A stretch of DNA of 64,000 nucleotides from Candidatus Komeilibacteria bacterium (GCA_043801745.1 JAZDLR010000010.1:10509-74508), one strand, 5' to 3'. Shown: positions 7,543-18,072, counted from the stretch's first letter. The notes: generated by a model from the letters alone, not told the origin. Numbers and translations: made by a program.

Positions 7543-8334
7543 TCAATGAGAGGCAATGTGCGTCTTTTTTTGTTTGGCTATAAAAATAATAATACCAATT
7601 ATAATCATTCCCAGACTCAAGCCTTGCGACAGCTTCAACCCAGAGAACATTATCTGCGGATCAATCCGGACAAAATCCATCAGGAAACGCACCAAACCGT
7701 AGGCAATTAAATAGGCGGCGAAAGTTTGGCCGGTCTTGGCTTTCTTCAGCAACCAAATAAGGAATAAAGCCACAACCAACATGGCCAATGATTCATAGAG
7801 AAAAGCCGGATGAAAAAGGGAAAGCGATTTATAATTTTTAATTCTAAATTCTTCATTAATATAGATCCCCCACCACCCGGCTGTCGGCCAGCCATAAAGC
7901 TCCTGATTAAAATAATTGCCCCAGCGGCCAATGGCTTGCGCTAAAGCCACCGCCGGAGCGGCCACATCAAGCAAAGGCCAGATATTTATTTTCTTCAGCC
8001 GGCAATAAATGATTAAAGCCAGAGCGCCAAATAATAAACCACCTTGAATAGCAATGCCCCCATTCCAGATAGCCGAAATTTCCCCCAAATGATCTTGGTA
8101 ATAAGACCATTCGAAAACGAAGACGTGAAACAAACGCGCGCCGACCAGTCCAGAGACGACTACCCAAATAATCAGATCATCAATAACTGTCGGGCTGCCA
8201 ACTTTCGTATAGAGTCGGCGCGCCAAAAAATATGCACTAACAATGCCCAGGGTAACTAAAACGCCGTACCAGCGAAGCTGAACGGCGCCTAAATTGAGAG
8301 CAACTGCGTTTGGGGCATATTCCTGCCACCACAT
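7543..8334 (-). CDS. lgt: Prolipoprotein diacylglyceryl transferase
   Basis: RWYG, GARLFHV, AIGRWGNYFNQELYG, HPAFLYES. Confidence 0.97.
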   Translation of the reverse strand: MWWQEYAPNAVALNLGAVQLRWYGVLVTLGIVSAYFLARRLYTKVGSPTVIDDLIIWVVVSGLVGARLFHVFVFEWSYYQDHLGEISAIWNGGIAIQGGLLFGALALIIYCRLKKINIWPLLDVAAPAVALAQAIGRWGNYFNQELYGWPTAGWWGIYINEEFRIKNYKSLSLFHPAFLYESLAMLVVALFLIWLLKKAKTGQTFAAYLIAYGLVRFLMDFVRIDPQIMFSGLKLSQGLSLGMIIIGIIIFIAKQKKTHIASH

Positions 8335-8335
8335 A

Positions 8336-8902
8336 TTATTTAGTCTTGTCAGCTAAGATGCTGTCCAATTGTGCCCAATCAGCCACTTTCTGACCATCCA
8401 CGTAGAAAGTTGGGGTAGAATCAATACCCAGTTTACGGCCTTCAGCTATGTCATCACGCACCACCTTCATCTTCACTTGAGAATCCAGACAAGTGGTAAA
8501 GTTAGTAGTGTTTAGACCCATCTGTTCAGCGTAGCTAATTAAATCTTTTTTCTTCAAATTAGTACTATTAGCATACAACTTATCATGGTATTCCCAAAAC
8601 TTACCTTGGTCAGCCGCGCATTCCGAAGCTGCCGCTGCCGTGCTGGCATAAGGATGAATACTGGCTAAAGGAAAATGCCGGAACTGTATTTGAATCTTAT
8701 CACCATATTTCTGCCACACCGGAGCTAATTGCTGAAAAGCTATAACGCAGGCGGGACACTGAAAATCGCCCCACTCTACTACTTTAACCTTAGCAACATC
8801 ACTACCTTTGGCCGCGTGATAAGTAATTACCTGATCATATTGCACCCGACTGCAGGCAGTCAGCGCCAGAACCAGACCGAGCCAGAAAATAACTTTTTTC
8901 AT
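8336..8902 (-). CDS. DsbA-family thiol-disulfide oxidoreductase, lipoprotein
   Basis: Lipobox LTAC, DFQCPAC, RHFPL, STPTF. Confidence 0.92.
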   Translation of the reverse strand: MKKVIFWLGLVLALTACSRVQYDQVITYHAAKGSDVAKVKVVEWGDFQCPACVIAFQQLAPVWQKYGDKIQIQFRHFPLASIHPYASTAAAASECAADQGKFWEYHDKLYANSTNLKKKDLISYAEQMGLNTTNFTTCLDSQVKMKVVRDDIAEGRKLGIDSTPTFYVDGQKVADWAQLDSILADKTK

Positions 8903-8913
8903 GCTGATTATGA

Positions 8914-9336
8914 TTATTTAGATGATAAACGCCTGTCCAGCGACCAGCGGTTTTCTTTGGTTACTACCAAAGCTAACGAGGCACCGAGTAAGGCCATATT
9001 TTTCCAGATCAACTGGAAATCTAATAATAGGAAAAATAACAGTAACAAAATAACAGAAATTAAGCCAGCCCAGCGTATTTTCCAGCCTAACAGCAGAATT
9101 AAGCCCAGAACTATTTCTAAAACCGACTGAATAATGACAAAGGTGCCCGGATCAATAGGGATGTATTGATAATTAGCCACCAGGGTGACGGCTTCTACCC
9201 GGTTAGTGCAAACACCAATACCGTTACTGCCGGCAAAAAGTTTACTATAACCGGAAAATAGGTAAACAAAACCCAAACCACAACGCAAGAAAAATCCGCT
9301 TAATCCCGCTAAGCGACTGCTCCATCGGTCTAACAT
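8914..9336 (-). CDS. DoxX-family membrane protein
   Basis: LRCGLG..SGYSKL, EIVLG..LLLG..R, terminal WSLD. Confidence 0.8.
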   Translation of the reverse strand: MLDRWSSRLAGLSGFFLRCGLGFVYLFSGYSKLFAGSNGIGVCTNRVEAVTLVANYQYIPIDPGTFVIIQSVLEIVLGLILLLGWKIRWAGLISVILLLLFFLLLDFQLIWKNMALLGASLALVVTKENRWSLDRRLSSK

Positions 9337-10082
9337 TATTGACTATTATCGCTTAATAAAAAAGTTAAAACTTTATCCCAGAAATCATACTTTAGCACAC
9401 CGGGAAACATCTGACCATTAATGAAAAAAGTCGGCGTTCCATTGACTCCCAAATTTGCTCCATCCGCGGCATCAGCCTGAATTTCCGCCTGCGTCGCGTG
9501 GGTATTAAGGCAAACATTAAATTTGGGCATATCTAAACCTAAAGCTTCAGCAATAGAACGGAAAGTGGCTGATGACAATTCATCCTGCCGGGCAAATAGT
9601 TGATCATGATATTCCCAGTACTGATCCTGCTCGCCCGCGCAATTGGCCGCTTCAGCTGCCGCCAGAGCTTCCGGATGAGTAGAAGTAATAGGATAATCAC
9701 GTAACATAAAATAAACCTTATCGCCATATTTCTTCATCACCTGCTGCAAAATCGGCTCGGCCTGCTTACAAAAAGGGCATTGATAATCAGCAAACTCAAC
9801 AATAAAAACCTTAGCCTCAGGATTTCCCTTAGCCGGGTCATCCGCGGTTACTAACTTTTTAAAGGTCTCATCCTTAAGTAATTCGGCAATCGGCTTCTGG
9901 AAATCAAAAGTAGTCAAATCATGGTAATATTGCGCCGTCAAATAGACGTAATAGGCCACAAAAATAGCTACCAATATTCCTCCGAATAGCACTAGCCGGC
10001 CCCAAGGACGCTGAAACCAGCGTTTATAATAAGACCGGCGCACCGAAGCCTCTAGCCTCTTCTCAATATCACGTTGACTCAT
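9336..10082 (-). CDS. DsbA-family oxidoreductase, membrane-anchored
   Basis: N-terminal TM, EFADYQCPFC, GTPTFFING. Confidence 0.92.
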   Translation of the reverse strand: MSQRDIEKRLEASVRRSYYKRWFQRPWGRLVLFGGILVAIFVAYYVYLTAQYYHDLTTFDFQKPIAELLKDETFKKLVTADDPAKGNPEAKVFIVEFADYQCPFCKQAEPILQQVMKKYGDKVYFMLRDYPITSTHPEALAAAEAANCAGEQDQYWEYHDQLFARQDELSSATFRSIAEALGLDMPKFNVCLNTHATQAEIQADAADGANLGVNGTPTFFINGQMFPGVLKYDFWDKVLTFLLSDNSQ

Positions 10083-10111
10083 ATTTAGTAAGTATACAAC
10101 AAAAAATTAAA

Positions 10112-11545
10112 TTATTCCTGCGGCTGCCACTGCTGATAGTGATGCGCCAACTGCAACAAGAGCTGTTCTGACCATTCCGGACCCAAAAGTTGCATACCTA
10201 CCGGCAATCCATCTGACCGGCCAATCGGAACATTAAGTCCGGGAATACCGGCGATATTCGCCGAGACCGTAAAAATATCCGCCAGATACATAGTCAAAGG
10301 ATCAGTCGTCCTCTCCCCTAATTTGAAAGCTACTGTCGGGCTAGTGGGCGTCAGTAATAAATCCACCTGCTGCCAAACCTGATCATAATCTTGCTTAATC
10401 AAAGTCCGCACTTTCTGCGCCTGTTTATAGTAAGCATCATAATAGCCGGCGGAAAGAGCATAGGTACCCACCAAAATACGCCGTTTAACTTCTTGGCCAA
10501 AACCATGACTGCGGGTATTGCGGTAATGTTCCAATAAATTAGCTGCTGTCTGGTCAAAGCCATAGCGCAAACCATCATAACGCGCCAAATTGGAACTGAC
10601 TTCAGACGGCATAATAATATAATAAGCAGCCAAAGCATAATCAGCATGCGGCAGATCCACTGGCACAATTTTTATCCGGCGCTTCTTGAATTGTTCCACT
10701 GTCTGTTCAATCATTTTGCGTACCCGTTCATCCATGCCGTCAATAAAGAATTGGCGCGGCAGACCAATGGTCAACTGCGGCAATGGTTGCGACAAGGCCT
10801 GAAAATAATGATCTACCGGTTTGGTACTGGCCGTGGCGTCATGATCATCTTCACCGGCAATAGTTTGCAGTAGTAATGCCGCATCCAGAGCGGTCCGGGC
10901 GAAAATACCCACCGTATCCAGCGATGAAGCCATAGACATCAAACCATAACGCGAAATACGGCCATAGGTCGGTTTCAATCCGATTAACCCACAAAATGAC
11001 GCCGGCTGTCTAACTGATCCTCCGGTATCAGTACCTAAGGCCGCTGGGGCTAGATTAGCAGCCACGGCCGCGGCTGAACCGCCGGAGGAGCCGCCGGGTA
11101 CCCGGGTAGGATCAAAAGGGTTCAAAACATTACCATAAGCAGAATTTTCATTGGACGCGCCCATAGCAAATTCGTCACAGTTGGTCTTACCCAGAGTCAC
11201 TGTGCCGGCCGATTCCAAACGCTCTACGGCCGTGGCCGTATACGGTGGAATATAATTTTGCAGTATCTTAGAGCCGGCCGTGGCCAATAAACCTTTAACT
11301 ACTAAAATGTCTTTAATTGCCAACGGTACCCCGGTTAAAGCTGTTTCTTCTCCCCGACTGCGGCGGTCGTCTGCCACCTGCGCTTGCTGTCTGGCCCGCT
11401 CATCAGCCACAGTAATAAAACAATTATGCCGGTCCTGGTGAATGGCCCGAAGATAGTCTTCCGTTAATTCAACGGCTGAATATTTTTTGGCCGCCAAATC
11501 ACCGGCAATTTGCCTAATAGTCAGATGTTCAAGCTTCATGATCAA
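10112..11545 (-). CDS. gatA: Asp/Glu-tRNA amidotransferase subunit A
   Basis: Amidase signature GGSSGGS, GTDTGGSVRQPA, SSNLARYDG. Confidence 0.98.
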   Translation of the reverse strand: MIMKLEHLTIRQIAGDLAAKKYSAVELTEDYLRAIHQDRHNCFITVADERARQQAQVADDRRSRGEETALTGVPLAIKDILVVKGLLATAGSKILQNYIPPYTATAVERLESAGTVTLGKTNCDEFAMGASNENSAYGNVLNPFDPTRVPGGSSGGSAAAVAANLAPAALGTDTGGSVRQPASFCGLIGLKPTYGRISRYGLMSMASSLDTVGIFARTALDAALLLQTIAGEDDHDATASTKPVDHYFQALSQPLPQLTIGLPRQFFIDGMDERVRKMIEQTVEQFKKRRIKIVPVDLPHADYALAAYYIIMPSEVSSNLARYDGLRYGFDQTAANLLEHYRNTRSHGFGQEVKRRILVGTYALSAGYYDAYYKQAQKVRTLIKQDYDQVWQQVDLLLTPTSPTVAFKLGERTTDPLTMYLADIFTVSANIAGIPGLNVPIGRSDGLPVGMQLLGPEWSEQLLLQLAHHYQQWQPQE

Positions 11546-11822
11546 AAATTTGCTTAACGGCTAATAAACCGCTCTCCGTTGTCTTACCGGGCAATAATTC
11601 CGATGCCGGCGGAAAAACTTCAGGTTCATCAATCCGCGCCGGCCGGCTGAAATCCCGGCTATCAGAAAACGGCTTAACACCAGTAGTGTCTAAGGCCTGA
11701 ATACGGTCAACATAATCCAACACTGTCTCCAGCTGCAGCTGCTTGACCTCTTCCTTAGTAACATGAAGACGGGCTAGATCGGCCAAATGTTGCGCTTCTT
11801 CCCAAGTGATGTGTTCCGCCAT
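11529..11822 (-). CDS. gatC: Asp/Glu-tRNA amidotransferase subunit C
   Basis: HLADLARL..LDT.GV.P; 97 aa directly upstream of gatA. Confidence 0.9.
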   Translation of the reverse strand: MAEHITWEEAQHLADLARLHVTKEEVKQLQLETVLDYVDRIQALDTTGVKPFSDSRDFSRPARIDEPEVFPPASELLPGKTTESGLLAVKQIFDHEA

Positions 11823-11841
11823 AGATGCTAACTTTACCTGA

Positions 11842-13836
11842 TTAAACTAATTTTTTCCATTGCTGCTCCGTGATAACAGTAACACCCAAAGCTACCGCTT
11901 TAGTCAGCTTGGATCCAGGATTATCACCGGCTAAAACATAATCCGTCTGTTTACTGACACCAGAACTGATGCTGCCACCGGCCTGCCGTATACGGTCTGC
12001 GTAGTAATCCCGCGGTTGCGACAAAGTTCCGGTAATAACAAAAGTTTTGCCCTGAAGTTTTCCACCTGACCGAATTGCTGTATTTGGCACCTTTACTCCT
12101 AAAGCTAATAATTCAGCCACTTCCTTTTGATTAGGCTTCTGCTGCAACCAGTCAAAAACACTGCGGGCCACCACTGAACCAACTTCTGGCACTTGCTGCA
12201 ATATTTCCGGAGTAGCCGCGCTAAATTTTACCCAGGAACCTAAATGATCGGCCAAGTCACGGGCCGTCTGTACACCGACATGGCGTAGGCCCAAAGAATA
12301 AATAAAACGCTCCAGAGAAATATATTTCTTGGCAGCAATTGCGGCGATTAGCTTATTGGCTGAAGTGTCAGCAAAACGCTCCAAATTTTTTAAATCATCA
12401 ACTGTTAAACGGAAAAAATCGCTAAAAGAACCGACTAATCCCGCAGCCACCAATTGTTCCACAATTTTATCGCCCAAACCTTCAATATTAAAAGCCGCCT
12501 TACTGACAAAGTGAATCAACCCTTGAATTTCGCGGGCGTAACATTTCTTATTGCTGCAATAATGCGCCACCTCTCCGACCGGCCGCAAAACCCGCGATCC
12601 ACAAACGGGACACTTCTTGGGCCAAATAAATTTCTTTTCTTGGCCGTTGCGCAATCGCGGCAAAACCTCCACAATCTCGGGAATAACATCGCCGGCTTTC
12701 TGAATAATCACCGTGTCGCCAATACGCACATCTAAGCGCTTAATTTCATCTTCATTATGCAGAGTCGCGCGCGACACCGTGCTGCCCGCCACCCGCACCG
12801 GGTCTAAGACAGCAATTGGTGTTAAAGCGCCGGTACGACCCACTTGAATCATAATGTCCAACACTTTAGTAGTCGTCTGCTCGGCCGGAAATTTATAAGC
12901 CGCCATCCAACGTTCAGTTTTACCGATATGGCCCAGTTTCTTTTCCGCCGCAATATCATCAATGACAATCACGGCGCCGTCAGTATTATAGTCCCAAGCA
13001 GCGCGTTTCTTTTCCCATTTTGTCAGATAGTTTTCAACTTCTTTTAACGTTTCGGCCGCTTGGTTATACTGACAAGTTTTAAAACCCATTTGTTTCAGCC
13101 AATCATGCACTTGGCTATGGCGTTGCTGACCCAGATCAGTGATTAACTCAAAAGCAAAACATTCCAAGCGGCGGCTGGCGGCAATCTTGGGATCTAATTG
13201 TCTGATTGAGCCGGCAGCCAGATTACGCGGGTTGGCAAAAATCTGCTCTCCCCGCTTTTCCTGCCGTTTATTAATAGCCAGAAAATTTTTCTTGCTGATT
13301 ACCACCTCGCCGCGGACCTCAATTATTTTTGGCGCTTGCGGCCAATGATTTAAATTCAGACGCAAAGGGATACTCTCAATTGTCTTCAAATTATTAGTCA
13401 CCTCTTCGCCAATCAGACCATCACCGCGGGTCGCTCCCTGCACCAGCACGCCATCACGGTAAGTCAAAACCACCGTCAAACCATCGAGTTTGAGCTCACA
13501 ATAATAATCCTGCGCTGTGTGTCCCAGAATCTTGGAATTTCGCGCCTGCCACTCGCCTAATTCAGGCGGGGAGAAATAATCCTGCAGCGATAACACGGGA
13601 TGACTATGCCTAACCTTAACAAACTGATCTAAAGGTTGACCACCGATGCGCTGTGATGGCGAGTCAGCCGTAAGAAACTGCGGCCACTCGCCTTCCAGCC
13701 GGACTAATTCATTTTTCAGACTATCCAAAGCAGCGTCACTGATCTCTTGTTTATCCAGTACATGGTACAAGTAACGGTGACGCTCAATCTCTTTTTTTAA
13801 TTTACTGATCCGCTCACGGGCAGCCGAAATATTCAT
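11842..13836 (-). CDS. ligA: NAD-dependent DNA ligase
   Basis: ELKLDG, TRGDG, ANPRN, Zn-finger CPVC, C-terminal BRCT; start at MNISAARERI. Confidence 0.98.
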   Translation of the reverse strand: MNISAARERISKLKKEIERHRYLYHVLDKQEISDAALDSLKNELVRLEGEWPQFLTADSPSQRIGGQPLDQFVKVRHSHPVLSLQDYFSPPELGEWQARNSKILGHTAQDYYCELKLDGLTVVLTYRDGVLVQGATRGDGLIGEEVTNNLKTIESIPLRLNLNHWPQAPKIIEVRGEVVISKKNFLAINKRQEKRGEQIFANPRNLAAGSIRQLDPKIAASRRLECFAFELITDLGQQRHSQVHDWLKQMGFKTCQYNQAAETLKEVENYLTKWEKKRAAWDYNTDGAVIVIDDIAAEKKLGHIGKTERWMAAYKFPAEQTTTKVLDIMIQVGRTGALTPIAVLDPVRVAGSTVSRATLHNEDEIKRLDVRIGDTVIIQKAGDVIPEIVEVLPRLRNGQEKKFIWPKKCPVCGSRVLRPVGEVAHYCSNKKCYAREIQGLIHFVSKAAFNIEGLGDKIVEQLVAAGLVGSFSDFFRLTVDDLKNLERFADTSANKLIAAIAAKKYISLERFIYSLGLRHVGVQTARDLADHLGSWVKFSAATPEILQQVPEVGSVVARSVFDWLQQKPNQKEVAELLALGVKVPNTAIRSGGKLQGKTFVITGTLSQPRDYYADRIRQAGGSISSGVSKQTDYVLAGDNPGSKLTKAVALGVTVITEQQWKKLV

Positions 13837-13837
13837 A

Positions 13838-15298
13838 CTAGCCTGCATTAATTGGAGGAGGACAATGTCTACCGCAACCATTACCATCACCGCCAGGCCC
13901 CTGAAGACAATCAAAACTACAATAGCCATCTGTACCATTGAGCGCGCCATCGTCACAAATTTCATAAACTTCAGCGCCATTCGGTCCCGCAAAACCATCC
14001 GGTCCCTGAATAATCCCGTCACCGCAATAGGTCGGCTGACACTGATTATTACACTGATCCGTTTCAGAATAATTGCCATCATCGCATAACTCATTTATGC
14101 TATCACCACTTAATCCTCCAGTACTAATACCCTGCTTAACGCCATCGCCACAATAAGTTAAACCGTTACATTTGGCATTACATTGGCCATAATCATTTTG
14201 AATAATTGACTGTACTTCTCTTTCCGAGCTCGAATTAATAGTTTTATCCAAACAATAAGCTGTTGAACCGACGATATTGGGCAAACAAACTTTTGACTCG
14301 GTTGGCAGACCGGTGCAATCGTTTTCGCTGCTGCAGCCTATTTTATCGTTTCTCTCACAATGACCACAACGGGTCTGAAAAGTAGCCGTGCCCTGACTGA
14401 TCACATTTTTGATCAAGCTGGATTCAGAGAAAATTACATAGTTAAAAATGTCGGCTACGCCGCTGTTCCAGGGAGTCTGAACAGTTACAACCTGGGTCGC
14501 ATCCCGGAAACGACCGGTGGTCTGAATATAGACCTGAGAAGGTATGGAAACCAAACTTCCGTCAGCAGCCGATAAGGTCACAGTTAAAGATCGAACATCA
14601 TGATCAATCGGCCGGATGCTTATCCGGTAATATGAACCACTATTTACGGTCGGGTGAGTCGTATCAGCACAGGGGGCCGAGCCATCACTGCAAGTGCCAC
14701 AAGGCCAATACTCGCGCCGGGGATTATTAGCTGAATTAACTATCTCCAGAACGCTGCCGCTATTCTTAAACTCCAGCAATGATACTTCCAGGCGGTCACT
14801 GGTAATACAGCTAATCCCCGACCAATCAATATTCAACTGTGTAGCCCCGGTATTGATAGTAGTTAATGTTTCCTCCTTAGGATTAAAAATATCCAGCTGA
14901 ATAGACTGGTTAACCGGAATATTATAAGCGGAAAAATTTTCCGAGCTCTCGCTAATAGAGTTAAAGGTGAATGAACGGTCCTGATCTACGCCGCTCAACA
15001 CATAGTCACTCGTTTCCTCAAGATTAAAAAAATCAGCATAAGGATCGCTGGCGCTGGGAAGTCCGACGGTCAGTTCATCAAGGCTGTGAGCTTCCTTTAA
15101 TTTAAATAACGCTTTTTCTGCGCCCGACTCGGCGGCGTAATGCGCGATAATAGCACTGTCCAAATACTTAGCCGAGCGTAGTTCAACTAATAATACACTG
15201 GTCAACGATAAAGCCGTAAACATCACAAACGACAAAATCAGAAGTGCCAGTACTAAAACCGCTCCCTGCTGACCCTGATATTGTATCGGCTGTTGCAT
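13838..15298 (-). CDS. PilX-like minor pilin with Cys-rich C-terminus
   Basis: QQG/AVLVLAL leader, AHYAAESGAE PilX motif, CGDG..E.CDDG repeats. Confidence 0.8.
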   Translation of the reverse strand: MQQPIQYQGQQGAVLVLALLILSFVMFTALSLTSVLLVELRSAKYLDSAIIAHYAAESGAEKALFKLKEAHSLDELTVGLPSASDPYADFFNLEETSDYVLSGVDQDRSFTFNSISESSENFSAYNIPVNQSIQLDIFNPKEETLTTINTGATQLNIDWSGISCITSDRLEVSLLEFKNSGSVLEIVNSANNPRREYWPCGTCSDGSAPCADTTHPTVNSGSYYRISIRPIDHDVRSLTVTLSAADGSLVSIPSQVYIQTTGRFRDATQVVTVQTPWNSGVADIFNYVIFSESSLIKNVISQGTATFQTRCGHCERNDKIGCSSENDCTGLPTESKVCLPNIVGSTAYCLDKTINSSSEREVQSIIQNDYGQCNAKCNGLTYCGDGVKQGISTGGLSGDSINELCDDGNYSETDQCNNQCQPTYCGDGIIQGPDGFAGPNGAEVYEICDDGALNGTDGYCSFDCLQGPGGDGNGCGRHCPPPINAG

Positions 15299-15300
15299 AA

Positions 15301-15909
15301 TTATTGACTTGATCCCACAAAAACTCGGCTGGAAACCGCGGTTTGTAATTGCAGAGGAATAGGATTACGGCCATTGGCGTTATTACTGGTTACCCTCATA
15401 GTTATGGTCGTCATAGCCTGCTCATCCGGTACTTCGGCGGAAGGAAATTTACTGTAAAATTTCAGATCAGAAACATTAATACTGGGATCACTTAGGCGAA
15501 CCCAGCCGCTGGTCGAACAGTTAGCATCGCGGTTAATTTCTACATAACCGGCTGCGCCGCCTGCCGGAGCATGTAAACTTATAAAGGTCTTGCCATTGGC
15601 AATATCTTTCAAACAAATAAAAGTATTAGCGGGATAATCAGGTAGCCCACAATTACAAGAGGCCGTACTCTGGTCCAGATCATTATCGCGCACCAATCGG
15701 GAAATTTGCTCAAATACCAGCTGCGCTTCGTTTAAATATTCCACTGATCCTTTAGCCCGGTTCTGGGCCGTGGAAGTGGCAATATAAATACCGGCAATGA
15801 TCACGAACCCAATAGCGAAAATGGCAACCGCGACCAGCATTTCCACCAAAGTAAAACCCTTGGGCTGTGACGTTTTTTTAATTAAGTGTATCTTATTACT
15901 TTTTATCAT
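15301..15909 (-). CDS. Type IV minor pilin (PilW/GspJ-like)
   Basis: KGFTLVEMLVA N-methylation motif. Confidence 0.88.
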   Translation of the reverse strand: MIKSNKIHLIKKTSQPKGFTLVEMLVAVAIFAIGFVIIAGIYIATSTAQNRAKGSVEYLNEAQLVFEQISRLVRDNDLDQSTASCNCGLPDYPANTFICLKDIANGKTFISLHAPAGGAAGYVEINRDANCSTSGWVRLSDPSINVSDLKFYSKFPSAEVPDEQAMTTITMRVTSNNANGRNPIPLQLQTAVSSRVFVGSSQ

Positions 15910-15941
15910 GATTAGAATTTCATTGGTTGCTGTCCGACTAA

Positions 15942-15979
15942 GAACCTAAAGCCTAATACCTAACCCTAATACCTAAACT
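15942..15979. repeat. Imperfect heptamer tandem repeat (NNCCTAA)n
   Basis: aacctaa agcctaa tacctaa ccctaa tacctaa. Confidence 0.7.
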
Positions 15980-16697
15980 ATCTCCAATTATAAAGTCTTT
16001 CCCGCGCGATCACATCCTGCGTGCTCTGGCCGGCCGGATAACGTACCTGTGAAGTTACTACTACACCCACCGGAAAATAATTATTGCCGGTATCGCAACC
16101 TTCTTCAGGAATAACAATAACTTCTGAATTTGAGGAATCCTGATAACAGATATCCTGCAAAGTTATAATACGGTAATAACTGGACGGATTACCGCTGGCT
16201 GTGCCATACAACTGTGTAGCCGAATCGTAAGTTACAGCGCATGATGTCTTATTGTGTTCATAACAACCACACATATAGTCTTGCCTGCCACAACCCTCTC
16301 CTATAACATTATCAATCAGATTATACTCGGGGTTGGAACCAGACGTTGCGGCGGGTAAGTAAGTAATGGTAAATGCATTGGGCACGGGAGTTTTCACACC
16401 GCTAGCATCCGTAGTAAGCCAGCTGTTCCAGGTATATAGCTTGGTACCCCCGCCGGTGGTGGTATAACTCTCATTCAAATTAACTTTTAGCCAGTTGCTA
16501 TCCCGCATATTACGGATAGCCTCTATGCCTTCGCGCGCCAAATTAGCCGCCACAATCCGGCGCTCATTATTCTGAGCTGAACTAATATTGACCACTGTCA
16601 AAGTTATACCTGCGACAAGACCAATGGTGATAACCGCCATAGCAATAATGCCTTCCAGTAAAGTAAATCCGCGATGATGATGATTAAAATTTAACAT
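15978..16697 (-). CDS. Type IV minor pilin (PilV/GspI-like)
   Basis: RGFTLLEG, ANLAREGIEAIRNMRDSNW, LYNWR. Confidence 0.88.
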   Translation of the reverse strand: MLNFNHHHRGFTLLEGIIAMAVITIGLVAGITLTVVNISSAQNNERRIVAANLAREGIEAIRNMRDSNWLKVNLNESYTTTGGGTKLYTWNSWLTTDASGVKTPVPNAFTITYLPAATSGSNPEYNLIDNVIGEGCGRQDYMCGCYEHNKTSCAVTYDSATQLYGTASGNPSSYYRIITLQDICYQDSSNSEVIVIPEEGCDTGNNYFPVGVVVTSQVRYPAGQSTQDVIARERLYNWR

Positions 16698-17305
16698 TGA
16701 CTGGCTGTAGAGGTTATATATAAAGTTCCGTCTGTCAGTCTAGTATTAGAAAACTGAATTTTAATCGTGCACGGATCATGTCCGCTGGCATCTGACAAAG
16801 TCAAAATTGTGGCCAGTGATCCTTCAATCGGCAAATTCACATACTGAGTACAGTGCTCCAGAGATGGAGACATACAAGCTAATTGATTCATAACCAGAGG
16901 GACATCGGCACCATTAAACAACACTACTATCCTATTCAAAGTTACCGAATCGGTAGTTTCAAATACAATTTTAACACGGGAATCAATAGACACATTCTGT
17001 CCAATTTTTTCATCACTAGCAGGATTAAAGTATTGACTATTATTACTATCAACAAAAAGCTGCATCCAATGAGTAGAAGTAATCTGTAATCCGTAGCCGC
17101 CAACCGGAGCGTTACCCGTGCTATCCGCAATTCCATTAAAGGCCATATTTCTCGTCTGCCGTAACATAGACACAATTTGCGTACCGGCAGCTTTAACTCT
17201 GTCTTTAGAGCTGACACCACGAAAACCACCGATCACTACTGTCAACAAAATAATAAATATAGCTATAGACACCAAAACTTCAACTAAAGTATAGCCGCGT
17301 TTCAT
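16691..17305 (-). CDS. Type IV minor pilin (FimT/GspH-like)
   Basis: MKRGYTLVEVL; ATGA overlap with the pilD stop. Confidence 0.88.
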   Translation of the reverse strand: MKRGYTLVEVLVSIAIFIILLTVVIGGFRGVSSKDRVKAAGTQIVSMLRQTRNMAFNGIADSTGNAPVGGYGLQITSTHWMQLFVDSNNSQYFNPASDEKIGQNVSIDSRVKIVFETTDSVTLNRIVVLFNGADVPLVMNQLACMSPSLEHCTQYVNLPIEGSLATILTLSDASGHDPCTIKIQFSNTRLTDGTLYITSTASQC

Positions 17306-18072
17306 ATGCCTAAATAATTTAAGTACCACTGTAAAATCGGCTGACCATAGAGCAAGATGACGAAAGTGGCCAAGCTCAAGAAAGTGCCAAAAGGAATCTG
17401 CTGACCCCACTTTTTACGGCCGGCGATAATTAATATAATTCCCACAATACTGCCAACCACGTAGGCGATAAATAAAGCAACCAAAATTCCCGGCCAACCC
17501 AGCATAAGACCCATTAAACCGCCCAGACGGATATCACCGGCACCGATCCAAGTGCCGCGTGACAGTATATACTGTAACCAGAAAAAACCCGCCCCGATTA
17601 TGGCTGCCAGCAGCATACTGCTCCAACTGACTCCCAGAAATAAATTCAGAATAAATGCCATCACTGCTGCCGGATAAATAACCGCGTCCAGGATCAAATA
17701 ATATTTCCAATCAAAAACAAAAATTATTATCAGAAAAAGTGCGTAGATCATCCAGGTTACTGCCTGTAACCAAGCCTGAGCCAATCCCAACTCCACTCCG
17801 GCCACGCTGTAAGCAGCCACGAAAGCCACGGCCGTAGCCAGCTCCACCAACGGATATTGCCAAGATATCTTCTTCTGGCAATAACGGCAGCGGCCGCGTA
17901 AATAGAGCCAACTCAAGATTGGTATCAAATCCCAAGTCCCCAGAACTTTCTTACATTTCACGCATTTAGACCGTCCATGGACCCAACTTTCGCCCACATG
18001 CAGGCGGTAAATCACGGCATTAAGAAAGCTGCCGAAAATTAGCCCAAAAAGAAAAATAACCACATACATCAT
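17302..18072 (-). CDS. pilD: Prepilin peptidase
   Basis: GSFLN, two CxxC, GAGDIRL, IPFGTFL. Confidence 0.97.
   Translation of the reverse strand: MMYVVIFLFGLIFGSFLNAVIYRLHVGESWVHGRSKCVKCKKVLGTWDLIPILSWLYLRGRCRYCQKKISWQYPLVELATAVAFVAAYSVAGVELGLAQAWLQAVTWMIYALFLIIIFVFDWKYYLILDAVIYPAAVMAFILNLFLGVSWSSMLLAAIIGAGFFWLQYILSRGTWIGAGDIRLGGLMGLMLGWPGILVALFIAYVVGSIVGIILIIAGRKKWGQQIPFGTFLSLATFVILLYGQPILQWYLNYLGI

Noticed and set aside
13837-14094. 86-aa N-terminal extension of LigA in the ORF track
   Set aside because: It is an alternative frame over the Cys-rich 3' end of the PilX-like gene; LigA similarity starts at MNISAARERI (13836).
17306-17410. N-terminal extension on the FimT-like pilin
   Set aside because: It overlaps pilD; MKRGYTLVE at 17305 gives a normal leader and an ATGA overlap.
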